DNA from: Chrysomallon squamiferum
Lineage: Eukaryota; Animalia; Mollusca
Direction of reading: 5' to 3'
Length of the DNA: 64,000 bases
NCBI GenBank assembly: GCA_012295275.1
Contig: CM022667.1
Location: 3,348,001-3,412,000 of the forward strand
A program made the translations under genes and the position numbers. The notes under the pieces were generated by a model. That model did no database searches. It worked only from the letters and a program-made list of their open reading frames with translations, and was not told the origin of the DNA. Each line of letters opens with the position of its first letter. Position 1 is the stretch's first letter. Below, in pieces: positions 40,713-55,940 of the stretch.

Positions 40713-43440
40713 GATATAGATATAGATATATATGCAAATGCACACGTGCGTGCACATCCACATACACAAAATACATAATTTTGCTCTTATTTCTAATCAA
40801 ATTATTTTATTTTGTAACAGTATAACAAAAATAAATTTTTATAGAACATTACACTATTAACAGAACATTGTTGCTTGACACAGCAATCATAAGTATTAGC
40901 TAATTTAATAAATATAAATACATTTAGATTTCTTCTATCCTAATTCTCCATTTTTAAATCTTTTATATATTCACCTGCACCATGATATTTACACCAAACA
41001 TACTTATTATGCAAAAGAGATTAAAAAAAAAAAAATGTATAAAAAATATTTGTTTATTGGTTTATTGAGAATATGACTTCTAGGTATTCAATATAGTTAT
41101 TATGGTAAAGAGGAATAAAAAAAAAAAAAAATGTGTTTAGTGGCTTATTGTACAAAATAATGAGAATTATTGGTAATTAATAAAAATAAATGTATTAAAT
41201 GTTGTTTGTTTCTAGATGAAATGGGAAATCCAGGCTTTGCAGCAAGAAAATGCAGAACTTATGTATCAGGTGGAAAATCTTCCACAGCAAGATGACCAAG
41301 CAGAAGTGAGTTACTCCCCTTTATCCAAGAAACGTAAATTTTATTTAAAACGTATTTTTTTTTATGAATTTTTTTTAAAACGTAGCAGTGCATTATTTAT
41401 AATAAAACTGTTAATTTAGTTCATATAAATACAATTTTGTTTATTTAAAATAAACTAATTTTTCATAATCATAGTTTAATATAAAATTTCTAATTTTTGA
41501 TAATTAGGTAAAAATAATATTTATTTAATTCTTGTTTTTTTTTAATAATAATTAATATTTAAATTTTAGTTATTTGTTTGCTATTTCAGTTAACTAGTCA
41601 TTGAGTGAAGGTACTTATTATCATGTTTAACCAAGAAGTCACAATTTATATTTCATATATTTATTTGTTTAAAAAACATATTGCATTATAATTAAATAGT
41701 TTAAAATTACAACTTTTGAAATTATACTTTATTTTATCACATCTATTTTATTTTATTATTGTTGTTTTTTTTTTTTTTTTTTTTTTTTTTTTTGTGATGG
41801 AAATGGGTTGGGATATGAAAACACAGATGTCCTAATATTTCAAACTGTAAAGAAGCCATTTATTAATTTTTATCATTTTTCATCCCAAATTATTGGTAAA
41901 TGACATCTAACAAATTATTTTGTATAACTTAAACTTTATTGTAAGCAAGACAATCAAAACAATATAAAATTGTTATTTTTTTTTTTTAAATGTTTTTCCA
42001 AATCTCACCTATGCTGTTTTTACTTTATATTTCTGCATATTCACTAGTTTTTCATAGTGACACCTTGTTTTAAATTTTAATAATGTTTATAAGACAAAAA
42101 TTACACACACTTAAAATATGATCACATCTGTTAGCATTGCCACCTTCAGTCAAAAAGAGTTGTGAAATGAAAAACTCAGACTTAATGTTATGAATATATT
42201 ACACTGGCTCACTGTCACTTTTAATTAATATACCAGTTCTCTTTGTGTGCTAATGTGGATGATTCTGAGAAAAGTTATGCAAGTTAAAATATGTGAATCA
42301 CATGCTACATTACTAGTGAGTCACAACAGTTAATTAAAGATAATAATCACAATAACCAGTATTGTGTAAGTGTGGATCTGTGATTGTTAGGGAGGTGTCA
42401 GCTATTTTCTCTCTGAACTGTGCAGGTGCATTTTGTGCACTTGCTGTGTTGCTGCCAATATACATCAGAATGTTGTCTCTCATTTTAATTTGCAAAATCC
42501 AATAGTTTTGGCCTTTGTATGTTAACATTTTAGCTCAAAGCATTAAAAGCTTCACTTAGTGGTTTGAAAAGAAATTTGAAATAATCTTGGTTATCAGTGT
42601 ATGGAATGATTAATATCTTTCAATGCTATCTTATGATATTTCACTTTAAATATGTTTAGTACAGATAGTTATTTTTTAAATTAGAAAATATTAATTATCT
42701 TGCTTCAAAATTTAAAACAAAATATATTTTTAAAATGTTACAAAGATAACTTGTTTTTCCAGGTGAAGCTTGAGGAAGCTGAACGTGAGATCAAGCGACT
42801 GAAAGCGGAGTTTGAAAACTTGAGGAAAGATTCGGAGAACCAAGCAGCAGATCTTGTTCACATGCAGGAACTTCGCTCCCAGAATCAGTCACTGACTCAT
42901 CAACTTCAGGAAACGAATCAGAAAAACGACGAACTGCAGCTACGAATCGTTCGGCTTGAAAAGAAAATAGAAGAAACGGAATCGAGCAAAGAACTCTCCA
43001 CTCTGGTTCAGAAGATGAAGAAGAAGCTGGAGACGGTGGTGAAGGAGAGAGACTCTTACAGGTACCAGCAGGACGACTTCATCAAACAGATGCACGAGCT
43101 GAATTCAGAAAACGACAGACTGAAAACCGCATTGATAAAAGTTCAGAAGGAGAAAGAGCTCGTAGTTCAGGAACTGGAAAAGTCCTACTTAGAAATACAC
43201 TCGCTGAGAAAACAGCTGTCAAAGTTCAACGAACAGCAGACATTCAAAGAATTTGTGACAATCAAACGAGAGCTGAACTTGCTAAAAGATGAAAACAGAA
43301 CTCTGAAAAGTCAGACAAAGGTGCCTTCATTGCCGATGCTTAAAGCAGAGAGGCCTGTATCAGCATCGAAGGTGTCTGATAATCACAACAAAGTTAAGAA
43401 TGGGAAAAAACTGTTGGCACTGCCTGCTAGTGAAAGCTGA
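39236..43440 (+). CDS. Uncharacterised coiled-coil protein (373 aa, 5 exons)
   Basis: Exons 39236-39391, 39566-39700, 39940-40002, 41216-41305 and 42763-43440 are all phase 0 and GT-AG, giving 1122 nt open. The sequence is E/Q/K/L-rich with heptads throughout; I recognise no family. Confidence 0.8.
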
Positions 43441-43697
43441 AGTTTGTTGTAAAATCAGTAAAGGTTTTCTCTAATATAGTTACTACAACAAAAATTAAAA
43501 TGACAGCATCCAAGGAGGCAAAGTGAAATTAAAAGAAAATAATTTGTAAAGAAAGATACTATGACATCATAGCTTCTCCTATGCCAGGACAAAGCTCTTG
43601 CTGATATCATCATAATCAAATTTAAGTGCTTAGGTTTTTAACCTTAACATGGTGTGACCCTATTATTGTGTTTGTAACAGTACTAAGAACAAAAATA

Positions 43698-43850
43698 ACA
43701 TTACTCCACATTTCTTTAATTTTAGTTATATTTTCAGAAATATCAGATTGAATAGTACGAGAATAATCAATTTTAATTGTTTCTATAATTTTAGTTATAT
43801 TTTCAGTATCAGATTGAATAGTACAAGTATAATTAATTTTGTTGTTACAT
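43698..43850. repeat. ~68-bp tandem duplication in the 3' UTR region of the coiled-coil gene
   Basis: aattttagttatattttcag..tatcagattgaatagtac occurs twice in tandem. Confidence 0.8.
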
Positions 43851-46800
43851 ACAGATATGTACACATATCCTCAAAATAAAGATCTCTGAGAGGAAGACAC
43901 ATATATACACACGCACACACAATATCTGTGATTTTAGTTAGTCTTATAATGAATATACAAAATTACAGCATTGGTTTTATGAATAATTTTGTTCTGTAAT
44001 TCACAGATAATGTTTTAATGCTAAGTGTATGATGAAAAATTTGCCAAAATATTGAACTGTGATATGTGGATGGATGAATACATGAATGAATAAACGAATG
44101 AATTCATTAATACTATTCACTTAACAACTGATTTTAATATTAATATCAAATAATTATAATGCCAAACGACACAAAGTTCAGCCTTGATGTTTATGATTTT
44201 TCATTACAAAACAATTTATATTCAGAGATAGTAATTAAAAAAAAGAATTTCTCTATAGATTTTTTTATTTTTTTATTTATTAAAGTTTTATAAAAAAAAA
44301 ATAATAATAATAATAATTGTACAGAATTTATCATCATAATGAAAACTTATTCAGTTGATAATATTGCCATAAGCAAGTTATTTTAATTAACAAAATAGTT
44401 TGTTTAGAAACAAGTAGGTTTGTATTTTCTTTTCCTTTTTCATAATTTCAAACACATAGAGAAGGAAAAAGACATACTTTATTATTTTCAAAGATTGGTC
44501 ACAAGTAACAAACAGAACCATAGATTTGTAAACTATATTATTTACACTGTTAGTTTGTACCATCTATGTTTAGTTTAAATTTGTAGCAGAATTTAAAAAT
44601 AATTATTCTAAAATGATAAAAATGTAGGTAATCTAGTATTAATTAGGAAAGTTGTAAGAGAGACATGATTTTTTAATTTTATACGTTATGGGCTTCGACA
44701 GTGTTACACAATAGACTTCTGTACAGCCCTGGGCTTCTGTGAAACATATTAAGAAACCAAAATTGTTTGTACATTTATATTATGTATGTAAGAATGTGTG
44801 TGTGTGTGTGTGTGGTAAGGATGGGCATCATTGATTTCTATCTAAATTTTTGATTTTGGCACTTTCCAATGGGTCTGCTTTTGGATTGGTATGAGATAGA
44901 GCATAATAAACATTTTTCAAGTTAACTTATGTGTGAATATGGAAACTGAAATGTATTTCACTGTTTAAAACTATATTGTTATGTTTCTGAAATTTTTATT
45001 TTATTTTTTTGCAATAAAGGTTTAGTAATTACATTTAGTCTGCTGTAACGATGCTTACTGCGTATACATAGTCAGTAGTAGAAAATAGTTAATCATAATG
45101 GTTTTGTCTAGACATCCATCCATGAAAAATGAATCCTGTACTAAAAGTATCTGATCATTAAACTTAAATTAATTTGGAATGATTAAAAATATAACACACA
45201 AGTGAATTTAGTAGATTATATATATATATGTTTATATGTTCAGCAGAACTATGGAAGCAGTCATAAAGGAATAAGTATCTGGCTATATGCAAGACATTCA
45301 AAAAATATTAAATGAGGATCTTATAGTTTTGCAGATGGATTGCCTATATGCCCATAATTATTATGTGCAGAACTAATCTTCAGAGATACTCTTGTGTTTC
45401 TTTGTTTAAATTATTATACATCAAAAATAGAATTCTGTAACAATTCTAAAAATTCAATAAAAATGTATATCTTTTGCAGCTGGGATCTCTCACTGGTAAA
45501 TAATAAGAAAACTTTTCACATCAGCCACAGAGAACTGGTTAGAATGGTAAATAACACAAAGAGCATATCATAAATGATTGATCCTAACATCCATATGTCC
45601 TCAGGCAAACAAAGAGATTATTTTAAAATAAAGAAAATCCTCTACATGCTAATTTGGACATCCAAACATAATCTTCGGATTCCATTTTGAAGCTGTCCTT
45701 AATTAGCTGTACAAACAAAGAAGAACAAATTTTGCTGTAGGACATTTTGTAAATTTTAATTAATAATAATAACTGGAGCTAAAATATCATTCTCTAAACA
45801 ACACAAAGATACAATTCAGAAGTTAACACTGATTATAAGGGTAAAACCGTATCACATCTTATTCATTAAATATTGTTGATACTGAACAAATAACATGTAA
45901 ATGACACCACGACTCTTAATTTTCTTAAATTAAAAAAAAATATATAAAATGAAATAAAAAAAAATGAAATATCCTGGAGGTCTAACAATTTATTTTTTTA
46001 TACAGTATTTCATTAGTTATTTTCTTATCAACATTTCATTTAAAGACAGTTTTTTTCTTTTTTCTTCCCAATATCTTATTTTTATTGCTAAATACCACGT
46101 ATCCATCAACATGATCATGGTTTATTTGTTAAAAATTTCTTTCTTTTTAAATTCAAAATGGCAGCAACATGTGAGACGGAATAGTTGAAGTCAGCGCTAA
46201 TGAAAGATGAAGGACCAGTCAGTGTGTAATCAATATCTGTGTCTCGTAAAGATATAATTCCGTCCCTAATTCTCACTTCTTAATGGACAAACCCCCAAGA
46301 CAAGAAGAATTTGTCCTCTGTTCTGACATCTTAAGAGTCGGCTTTTAATTAAATTGAAACAGGTTTTCGCGAGTTCCCCAACGCGAGGAGAAGTCACGGT
46401 AAAGAAACAAAGAAAAATCTTTGATAAAATGACTGGTGTCCTACGGCCCTGTTTAATGAGCTAAATTTCGACATCCCAATCTTCGCTTGCAAACGGTAAC
46501 TAGATTCTGTAATGAAGTTTATTGTGTGCGGGCATGCCAACTTGTTTGGCAATTTTTCATTAAAGATTTGTCGTTTTGCTCGCTCAGGGTGTCAGCTGAC
46601 GATCGCTTGAGACGAAATGCGAACGTCACACGCGTTACGTCAGCCATCATGGCCGCTCTCTTCGGAATTCCAGCACTAATCACATAATGGAAACAGTTAA
46701 CACGGTATCCAAATTTTAGTAAACTTAATTGTCCAAGAAATTTGTCGTGCTACTTTCACTGTAATCGTTGCCAGGGATATAACGGCCCGCGTGAAAATCT

Positions 46801-49800
46801 TTAGTGTTGCTTTCCAATAAAAAGAAAAAGAAAAAGAAATAAATGTTTCCTGTTGCTGGTGTGTGAGATAAAAAGGATGATGAGAATGCATTTCTGGCTT
46901 TTTGATTCATTATTATTATTATTATTATTTGATTTGTGAAAATATTTATACCCAGGTTGTGTTGTTCTTGTCGTCTCACATGATTTTTCAGCCTTATAAA
47001 GTTATATTAAAATAACTATCGCACAGTGGCCTAAGTAAACAGACTGTTGCCATTTCCAGCGTCTGACCTCGGTTACATTACGTACGTACTTGTTATTCAA
47101 AGTACTTTTTTAAATGATACATACACATAAAACAACCAAAACTGCTTCCTTATGGAATATTTGTCCACGTTTATGACCTGTTTATAATGAGGTAACGTAA
47201 ACCACATTTTCACCACTTAAGGCAATGGTATGAATATCACAATTGCGTGAATTCTGGAGCCGAAATGATGCTGGGTTTTAAATTCGTTTTCTTTATTACA
47301 ATCCGGTCACGATTCACGGTTAAAGAAAGAGTTTAGAAATCTGAGAAGATCGATTAGTGATATAGAGAAGTATTTATTTGTACTTTACATAACGTCCACT
47401 CCTGTACCGGCCCTGAAATAAAAGAACCTGTATCCTAAAGTCATTTTAATATACGTGGATCACTAACAATTCGTATATGATATGCCACGTATTATGCATC
47501 TAAAAATATAGGAGATGACGTCACTCATTAGCATTTTTGCGTTGCCGTTGGTTACTTTTATTTTATTTGTTTCAAAAGTTATAATGAACTGTAACTGTAA
47601 ATCCGGTTGGCTTTTGTTTTTTGTTTTTTTGGCTATGTATGTGTGTATATGTGTATTTGCGTGTGTTAAATGTATGGTTATTATAGCATTTTGACACATT
47701 TGGTATTTAAACGAAGGTAAGGTGTCAAAACGTGCTTACATTTTCCCCCCATATATGGCAAAGTGAGTAAAATTTATTTCCCTGCAAAAACCAACATACA
47801 CAAGGACATTTTCTCTCAAATTAAAAAAAAAAAAAAAAAAATTAAAATTAAATTTAAATTAATTTTGTTATTTTTCTTTTTACTTATTTATTTTTCTTTC
47901 TTCTTTTAAAAATCCTATTTCTGCTTTTCTTTCTTTCTTTCGTTTCTTTCTTTTTTTTTTTTTTTTTTTTCTTATCTCATTTCCCTTTTTCTCCCATTTT
48001 TCGTCTTTTTTTTTTTTTTTTTTTCTTTTACATTCCTTGTTTTCAAAAAAATAAAAAAAAAAAATAAAAATAAAAAAATGTATTTGTTCACACAATTTCT
48101 GACGCGTAACATTTCCTCTTTATTAATTTTTGTTCGAAAATATTCAACTTCGTGCATATTAACGCTTAACGTTTCCTAATTATTCTCAGAACCGCGCGCC
48201 GCATATTACCTTCAGGAAACTCTACTAATAGAGTTATACTTTGCCGAATTCGGAATCGAAATGGAATATTAACAGCTCGCTAAATGAGTGTAACAGTCTC
48301 TGCCTTGATGAGCCCTTGAGCAAATATTTGCTGTGAGCCAACAGAAAGGAAAACAAATACGTCAGAGCAAGAGTTGCGAATTAATTAAGCCCGGGGACAG
48401 AGGTTCGTCACGACCGAGTATCGCCATTTTTGTTTAGTTTAAAGATCGTGCAAATAAAATTATCAGTTTGTTTTCTTTCTACTCAAGGTTGTCAAAAGTT
48501 TGTAGTAAAATACTGCCTGATGATATACCATAATAATTTGAAATGTCTATTATTTTATTTCATTTCAGTTTATTACGTAAAATAACACACACACATACAT
48601 ACATACATACATACATACATACATACATACACATATACACATATACATTCACTAAACATATACACAAACAAAATTGTCAAGAAAGTTGTTGCTTGTTTTG
48701 TTGTTTTTGCTTTTTTTTTTCTTTTTTTTTTCTTATTCTTGTATTATGACAAACAAATAATCTGAGGAATACTATAGCAATTTTTCTTCTTCTTCTCACA
48801 GTTAGGTGTTATTTTATTTTATGTAAATTGTTTTTCCTTTACTTCAATTAAATTATTTATGAAATGGAAGATGCATCGTTTTGCTGTTAAGAGAAGAAAA
48901 TGTATCCCTGCTTGCAAGTAATTATTTCAGTTAGTAATTAATTGTAAAACGTACGTCTGCTAACAATCACGTGTTTCACTCCCAGATGAAAATGTTTTAA
49001 CACAAATTATGAAAATTATGTTATAAAAATGTTTTAATGGCACCTGAAACTATTTTTCTTATACACCGGAAAGAGGCCATTCATTACATCATCTAAACCA
49101 TTACGTCACGACTATAATTACGAAGTAAATAAATGGCGGTTTCCAAATCTTTTATGTCGGTACTGTTGTATTGGTATACTTAATTGTTAATTAAGCATCG
49201 AAGCCTTTAATAATTGTACGTTTTCTTTTGTCTTTTTCTCTGTTTTCGTTTACTTCTTTTTATTTTTGATTAGTATTATTATTTATGTTGTTCTTCTTCT
49301 TGTTCTGTTTCTTACATTAGTAATGTTAAAACAACAGCAACAACAACATCAACAACAATAATATTAATATATTAGTCGTCATTGAAGTTATGGTTATTCG
49401 AACAAAAAAAAAAAAAAAAAAAAAAAACGCAATAAGACATATAACTACTTCATTTAAAGATTTATATGTTGCTTTGCTAATCCCATCTTACATCTATGAA
49501 ATAAATGAACAAACATTCATTTTCTGGACGTCATGTTATTTTTGTGATATGTACGAAATGTCGCAAGGGTAATTATTTTTCATAAATCACGTGTCGCAGT
49601 TTATGACGGAAGATGAGTCCCAGCACTCGGTTACCTCCCTTTGTTGATTCATACCGATGATTGGAGCAAAAGTTTTTCTTTTAGAAAAAAAATTGAAATA
49701 ACGACAATTCACCGACACTGCTGACAGAATTTCGTCTGATTCGTATCTGCGCATGTCAAAGGTTAGACATCTTCACCGATGAATTTTTCAAAAAAAGGTT

Positions 49801-50189
49801 TTACAATCCAAAATAATAATGACATATATATTTAAATAATAAAAAAAATAATTAAATTAGAAATAAAAAGAATATAAGGGGTAAAAAATACAACAGTACT
49901 TGCTCCTACAATCTCTTAGACATCATCATTTGAAAATAACAATTGCATCACTGTGAATAATAATAATAACAACAACAACCACAAAAATAATGAAGATGAT
50001 GATTAAAAACAACAACAATAATAATTAAAAAATAAATAAATAAATAAATTGGATTTGAAATAATTTATCAGTTATTACTGAGTCTGCATTTGTATATGTC
50101 AAATGTTCCGAACGTTTCTTTAGTTAACAACACGCAAAAAGGCAACTTACGATTCAGTTTAATATAGGGCCTTTGTATAAGGAATAATA

Positions 50190-50570
50190 ACTACCTAAGC
50201 AATGCATACTGTATTCAAATTCTACGCGGTATTTTAACATGCTATATAGATTATATTGATATGTGATATCTAGCACAGTACAGTGGTATGTTAATTTAGT
50301 ACTTTATATAATTCATGGTATCACAATATATTGCTTTTCGTATTCGTAATATTGTAAAGTTTCACATAGGTAATGCATACTACATGTAATATGCCCAGTG
50401 CCCACGATATTTTGTACTTCATATACGGTACGGTATCTTAATATATTACCTTTCGTATATGTATAAAATCTTAATATATTTCACATACGTAATTTCATAC
50501 AACATATAACATACATGTAACGTACTTGATATATACGGTTTGATAGTTTTACGGTTTCATTGTGTTATTT
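50190..50570. repeat. Degenerate ~120-bp tandem repeat (2-3 copies)
   Basis: The blocks tatt(g/a)c(t/c)tttcgtat…tttcacata(g/c)gtaat(g/tt)catac recur near 50330-50390 and 50445-50510, with a partial copy near 50200. Confidence 0.6.
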
Positions 50571-53232
50571 AATTTTTCACACAATGCAATAATTCACATG
50601 TGAAACTGCTATAAAAGAAGATGAAAGGGGAAGCCACGTGGTCCAAAGAAAAATATTATGATTAAGTTGAATACATGGATTTATGATGAGGATTGTCAAA
50701 CCATTCAACACGGCCCCTTGACAACGACCTTCCATTTCCTACTCAAACCATTATGGAGTACAATATTTCCTTGTTACATTTCTAATGAATGGCTTGTCCA
50801 ATTTACTTAATGAATTCAAACCCGGCGCAGATTCTCGTCTGCTTTTTGCTTGTTTAGCAGAGTGACATTTTTAATCCTCTGAAGAAAGAGTACAAAATGA
50901 TATCGAAAAAAAAAAAAAAAAAAAAAAAAAAAAGAAGAAGAAGAAGAAGAAAAAAGGACAGAGTTATAAAAAATATAATAAAATAAAAGGGGAAAAAAAA
51001 AAGACCGAGAAAGACCTAAACATTCGGATAACATAAAATTTTAATTAATTACTAGAATAAAGAAAACAAAAATGTTCTAACTTTGCCCTCCTTTTTTCAC
51101 GACTTTTTATTAAAAAAAAAAAAAAAAAAAAAAGTAATAATTTTTTTTAAACGTTACCTCTGACACGAGTTTTCAATAGAAGGCCAAGAAAATACATGCC
51201 GAAAAAATAACGAGTTTAAAGGATTTTTATGCTAGGAATAGAAATTAATGATTTTACGTCTGCAAGCCGAATTAGCAGATATGATAGATGAGTGAGTAAC
51301 AAGACACATTTTGACATCATGCTATTAAGTCAAGTTTCCATTTGCTTTATTACTTTTCTGCTTTTAAATGTTATGATATGGAAACGGGCGCCAACTTGGC
51401 AACACGTCTGTCAATGTGAGATGGTAACGTGTTTTTCTCCCGTTCAAGTGCGCACCAGCATTTAGTGGCAGTCCACTTTCTACCAATTCTAATCAATTTA
51501 GCAGCTTACTTCATTTGAAGTACTAATGAATAAAGCTTGATGACTGACTGTCTCTGATCAGGAGTAAATTGAAATTCAGTTTTAATTTTTTTTTCTTATT
51601 TCTTTCGACCTTCTTTTTTTTCGAAATAGATTCAAACTGGGTCATGTGAACGTAGACATACGTGTAATAGGTTGATCGAAGAAACAGACTCTGAAAATAA
51701 ATAATAAATTATCGTTGTCACATCATCATCATCATTCGTTCATTGTAGATTTTATTATTTTAAAGTGATATATGTTACTAACCTTCGTGGTTTTTAATAT
51801 AATTTTAATAACTGGAAATTTCTTCTCTCCAGTGTATTCATTTTCTTTCATTTTCCTCATCTTGCTAAAAATTATGACGTAATTGATGCCAAGCACCCCA
51901 CCCGGATTTGCTTAATCGCAACACACAAAATAATTACATCACAGATAGTTTTTTTAAAAATAATAATAATAAACTTGAAATTGATTCTCTTAATCAATTG
52001 ACCTGATTTGGCCTTAGATGAGACCAGAGCGCAAGATGAGTGCGCGTGCTGCGCTACAGTTACAATCTTTATCTGCGCCATGATGTAATTTGGCGTCGCT
52101 CGATCATCGAGTGCCGAGACCAGCAAGATTAGCCTCCCTTGCCCTAGGCAAGCCGGGAACGCGCGAGCGATAAGGAAAATGGAAGGATTATGAGATTTTA
52201 TGAAATGTGAAAGTCGATCAATAGAAAAAGAGAGACTAGGCAATTACATGGGCCAAAAATATCAGATTAATTACTTGCCTTGCTCCTTAGAGAGCAAAAT
52301 GTCTCATTACGGACGCGTCAGTTTCAGAAATTACATCTCGGCGAAAGAAAAAATATATCTGTAATTGAGGACAGCGCCACAATGGAAAATGTACGAGTCG
52401 CTCTGATTTCAGTTTCTGTGTAATTTTCAATTTCTCATCGATGTCAAAATTGTCACATTTCCTTGAGTTAATAGCAATACTCGGAGAGCAAGATGTATAA
52501 TGTGTAATTTTGCGATTTCTTGTTAGTGGCATGCTCCGATGTTTTGATGCGAATTTAAGATAAATGTAATTTTCTTTCCAACTCGGTAATATTGTCTCCC
52601 AGTTGGTTATGCATGTTTAATTAAATTAAGTCAACTTTGATACGAAACTCTTCTGTTTTTCAGCTGAAGCTAAACACAAATCAAAGTTACACTCTCACTA
52701 AATTCTCTTGCTGTTATTGTATAATGTCATCTTTTATCTTTTTTTTTTTTTTCCACCTGATGATCTCAAGTCGAAGTAACATATCTGAACAGTTCATATT
52801 ATTTCGTTTTTCTTTTTTTTTGCTAACAACTCACACAGTTATATATATAATGAAAGAGAGAGCGTTTTAGATTTGTAATGGTAAATACTTTTAATATAAT
52901 CAATTCATACAGTACTCAGAATAAAAAGAAAAAATAAAGAAATATTTTTAGTGTTATGGAACTTGTTGATATTGTTTATTATAACTGGCCTCTAGTTTCG
53001 TTATTTATTTATTTATTTATTTATTAGGTTCGTTTATAAATATGACAGAACTATAGCAGACGACAGTGTAAGCCTCGTTTTGGACTGAAGTAGACTGATC
53101 AGATATCTATTTCCGTCGTCTGTTACATCTCGGGCGGCGTGTCATAATTCTGACGTAATCGCTATTTTAAACACGATTCAGCGATCATCCTCCAAGAGTG
53201 CAGAAATGTATCTATATAAATAAATCGCGAAT

Positions 53233-53277
<45 letters not shown>

Positions 53278-54975
53278 CGGAAAAAATACTGAAAAAGGAG
53301 TCAAACGGCGGGAAAACAAATGACACGGATTTGGCACTGAGTATAATGTCGGAGTTGACCACTATGTTGACAACAACAATGTTGGTGGTGTGCATCATGT
53401 CGCCGGTTTTTTAAGCTTTTATAATAAAATAAAAATAAATAAGAACATATAAACAACTTTAATGAACAATAAATAAAAGCATTTTATATTAAATTCGTAA
53501 TACAATGTGTTGTTATTATTGATTTAGTCTTCATCTTGTTTTTCTTATAATTATCGTATCTGTTAATTTTCTTATCGTCTTCCATTTCTTCTTCTTATTA
53601 TTAGTATTAGTATTACTGCTGCTGCTGCTAATCTGCTACTATTGATACTGTTTGTCTATCTCTCTACCTATGTATCTAGCTATCTATTTCTCTATTTATT
53701 TATTTTTAACAGCCGGCTTGCATTTCGAATTTCAAATGTTTATTTTTCTTTCGTCCTTGGTGTATTAAACGTGCAGTCTGTACTAGCCAATAATACTAAT
53801 AATGATCCACGACTGTTGTATCAAGGACTGTGTGTGTGAGAAAATATGTTTATCAAAGTGCTCTTTTAATTAATCGATGAGTTAGTCTATAGGAATGGCG
53901 ACAGGAAGTTTTCTCTCATGATCGTTTATCATTGTTATAGAAAAAAAATATATAAAAAATATAAAAAATGAAACCTATGTTTGACATCAGCTGTTAATGT
54001 CAAAAATGTGTCGATGGTTGTTGTTAAACACAAACAGTTATTTATTCTGTCCCGCAGACCACCACGCAAGCAGATTAATTAAGAATAATTTAAAAACCGG
54101 CGTCTCCACGACTCCGGCAAACGAAATATTAAAAGTAGTTCGCTTCTTGTCAAAAGAATTTCAAAGTGGTAAATTACACAGAATTATGAACTAACAGATA
54201 ATGAAATTTCTTTTTTTTTTTAAAAAAAGAAGAAGAAGAAGAAGAACGAGCTGAATTATAGAGATTAACTGATAACAGATAATCATCAGATAACGATGTA
54301 TATTTTGAAAAAAACTAAATAGTTCGCCGTCTTTTCATCTGTCGACATATGGTGGAATCCGTTTTTGAGCGGAAAAGACCAGTGTATGAATAAAGCAAAG
54401 CTTCAGCAGATTATCATTCAACAGCTGACAAACAGTTTCAGTGTGGGGGTTTCGCTGTTGTTCAAAATCGCGACTCATTAATGTAGCTAATAATTCCGTT
54501 TTGAGCAGTTATACTGAAAAGAAAAAGAAAAACATCAACAGACTGGCGACAAATGAGAAATCGCAAGTCAGATTCTGATATAAATGTAATGTTATACATG
54601 TATAAAAATAAATAAAGAAAAAAGAAGTAAATAATAAATAAATAAATAAATAAATACAAAATAATAAACAAGACATTGGTCTTTTTTTTCATTGAAAATG
54701 TTTCTCTCTGTAAATCTGTAAGGCTTGAGGCGTAACATTTTATTTGGACTGTTTAAGTGGATTTTAACTCACAAATAAAATCATATTATCATCTTTTAAG
54801 TTGTCAGTGACGTTACGCCAAACTACGTAAAGAAGGATAAAACACTTTTTTAAAACGGCTTAAAATTATAATACATTAGTGTTTCATTGTTTACCAAATT
54901 TTTTAAAACTTTTTATAATATTTATAAACGTTAAATATACATCTCGGAATATCTGGTTTGAAAGAAATGATTTAC

Positions 54976-55021
<46 letters not shown>

Positions 55022-55234
55022 AAAAAAAAAAAATTAAACTAAAAAATAAAGAGGATAACTGTCGAAGTGTTATGTGGATTAAGAGATAAAATTTGCATTG
55101 GTGAGTTTCTTTTGGTGCGCAGTATATCAAGGACGGTGGCATTTCGTGAAAGCTTTTACAACATGGGAAATAATGTGTCTAAAAGCGTGATGGACTTTCA
55201 TCCTGATTAATTAAAGAACTCCAGTAGAGCATTT

Positions 55235-55270
<36 letters not shown>

Positions 55271-55272
55271 TG

Positions 55273-55311
<39 letters not shown>

Positions 55312-55702
55312 AACGCAGATGGAAAGAAAGGAAAAGGAAGTTAAAAGATACAAAAACCTAATGTTCATTTTCCAAACCTGTCGCCCATTTTATAAAATAT
55401 CATTGCGTGATTTTTCAGTCTGTCAATTTTTTTTTTTTTTTTTTTAAATGTTTTCAAAAAGCTTCAGTATTATTATTTTTTTTTTTTTTTTTTTTATGCC
55501 GCCGTTAATACACGAAGAATTATAATTTTATGCTCATTTCTTTTTTATTTGTTTTTTTTTTTTTTTTATTCTTTTATTATTTAATTTGTATTTTTTCCTG
55601 TAACAGAAAGATAAAGCACAAAATATTTTGTTCTCGTATCAGAATGACTTAATTATAGAAAATTGCATAAAAGGTTAAAAAAAGGGTTTTGGCCACGAAA
55701 CG

Positions 55703-55797
<95 letters not shown>

Positions 55798-55884
55798 TTA
55801 TTATTAATATATAAATAAAACACGTCCTGCCCAAGGTTCGCAGGAATAAATCTCAGTATTTCATTGGGAGATTTGGTGCAAATA

Positions 55885-55940
<56 letters not shown>

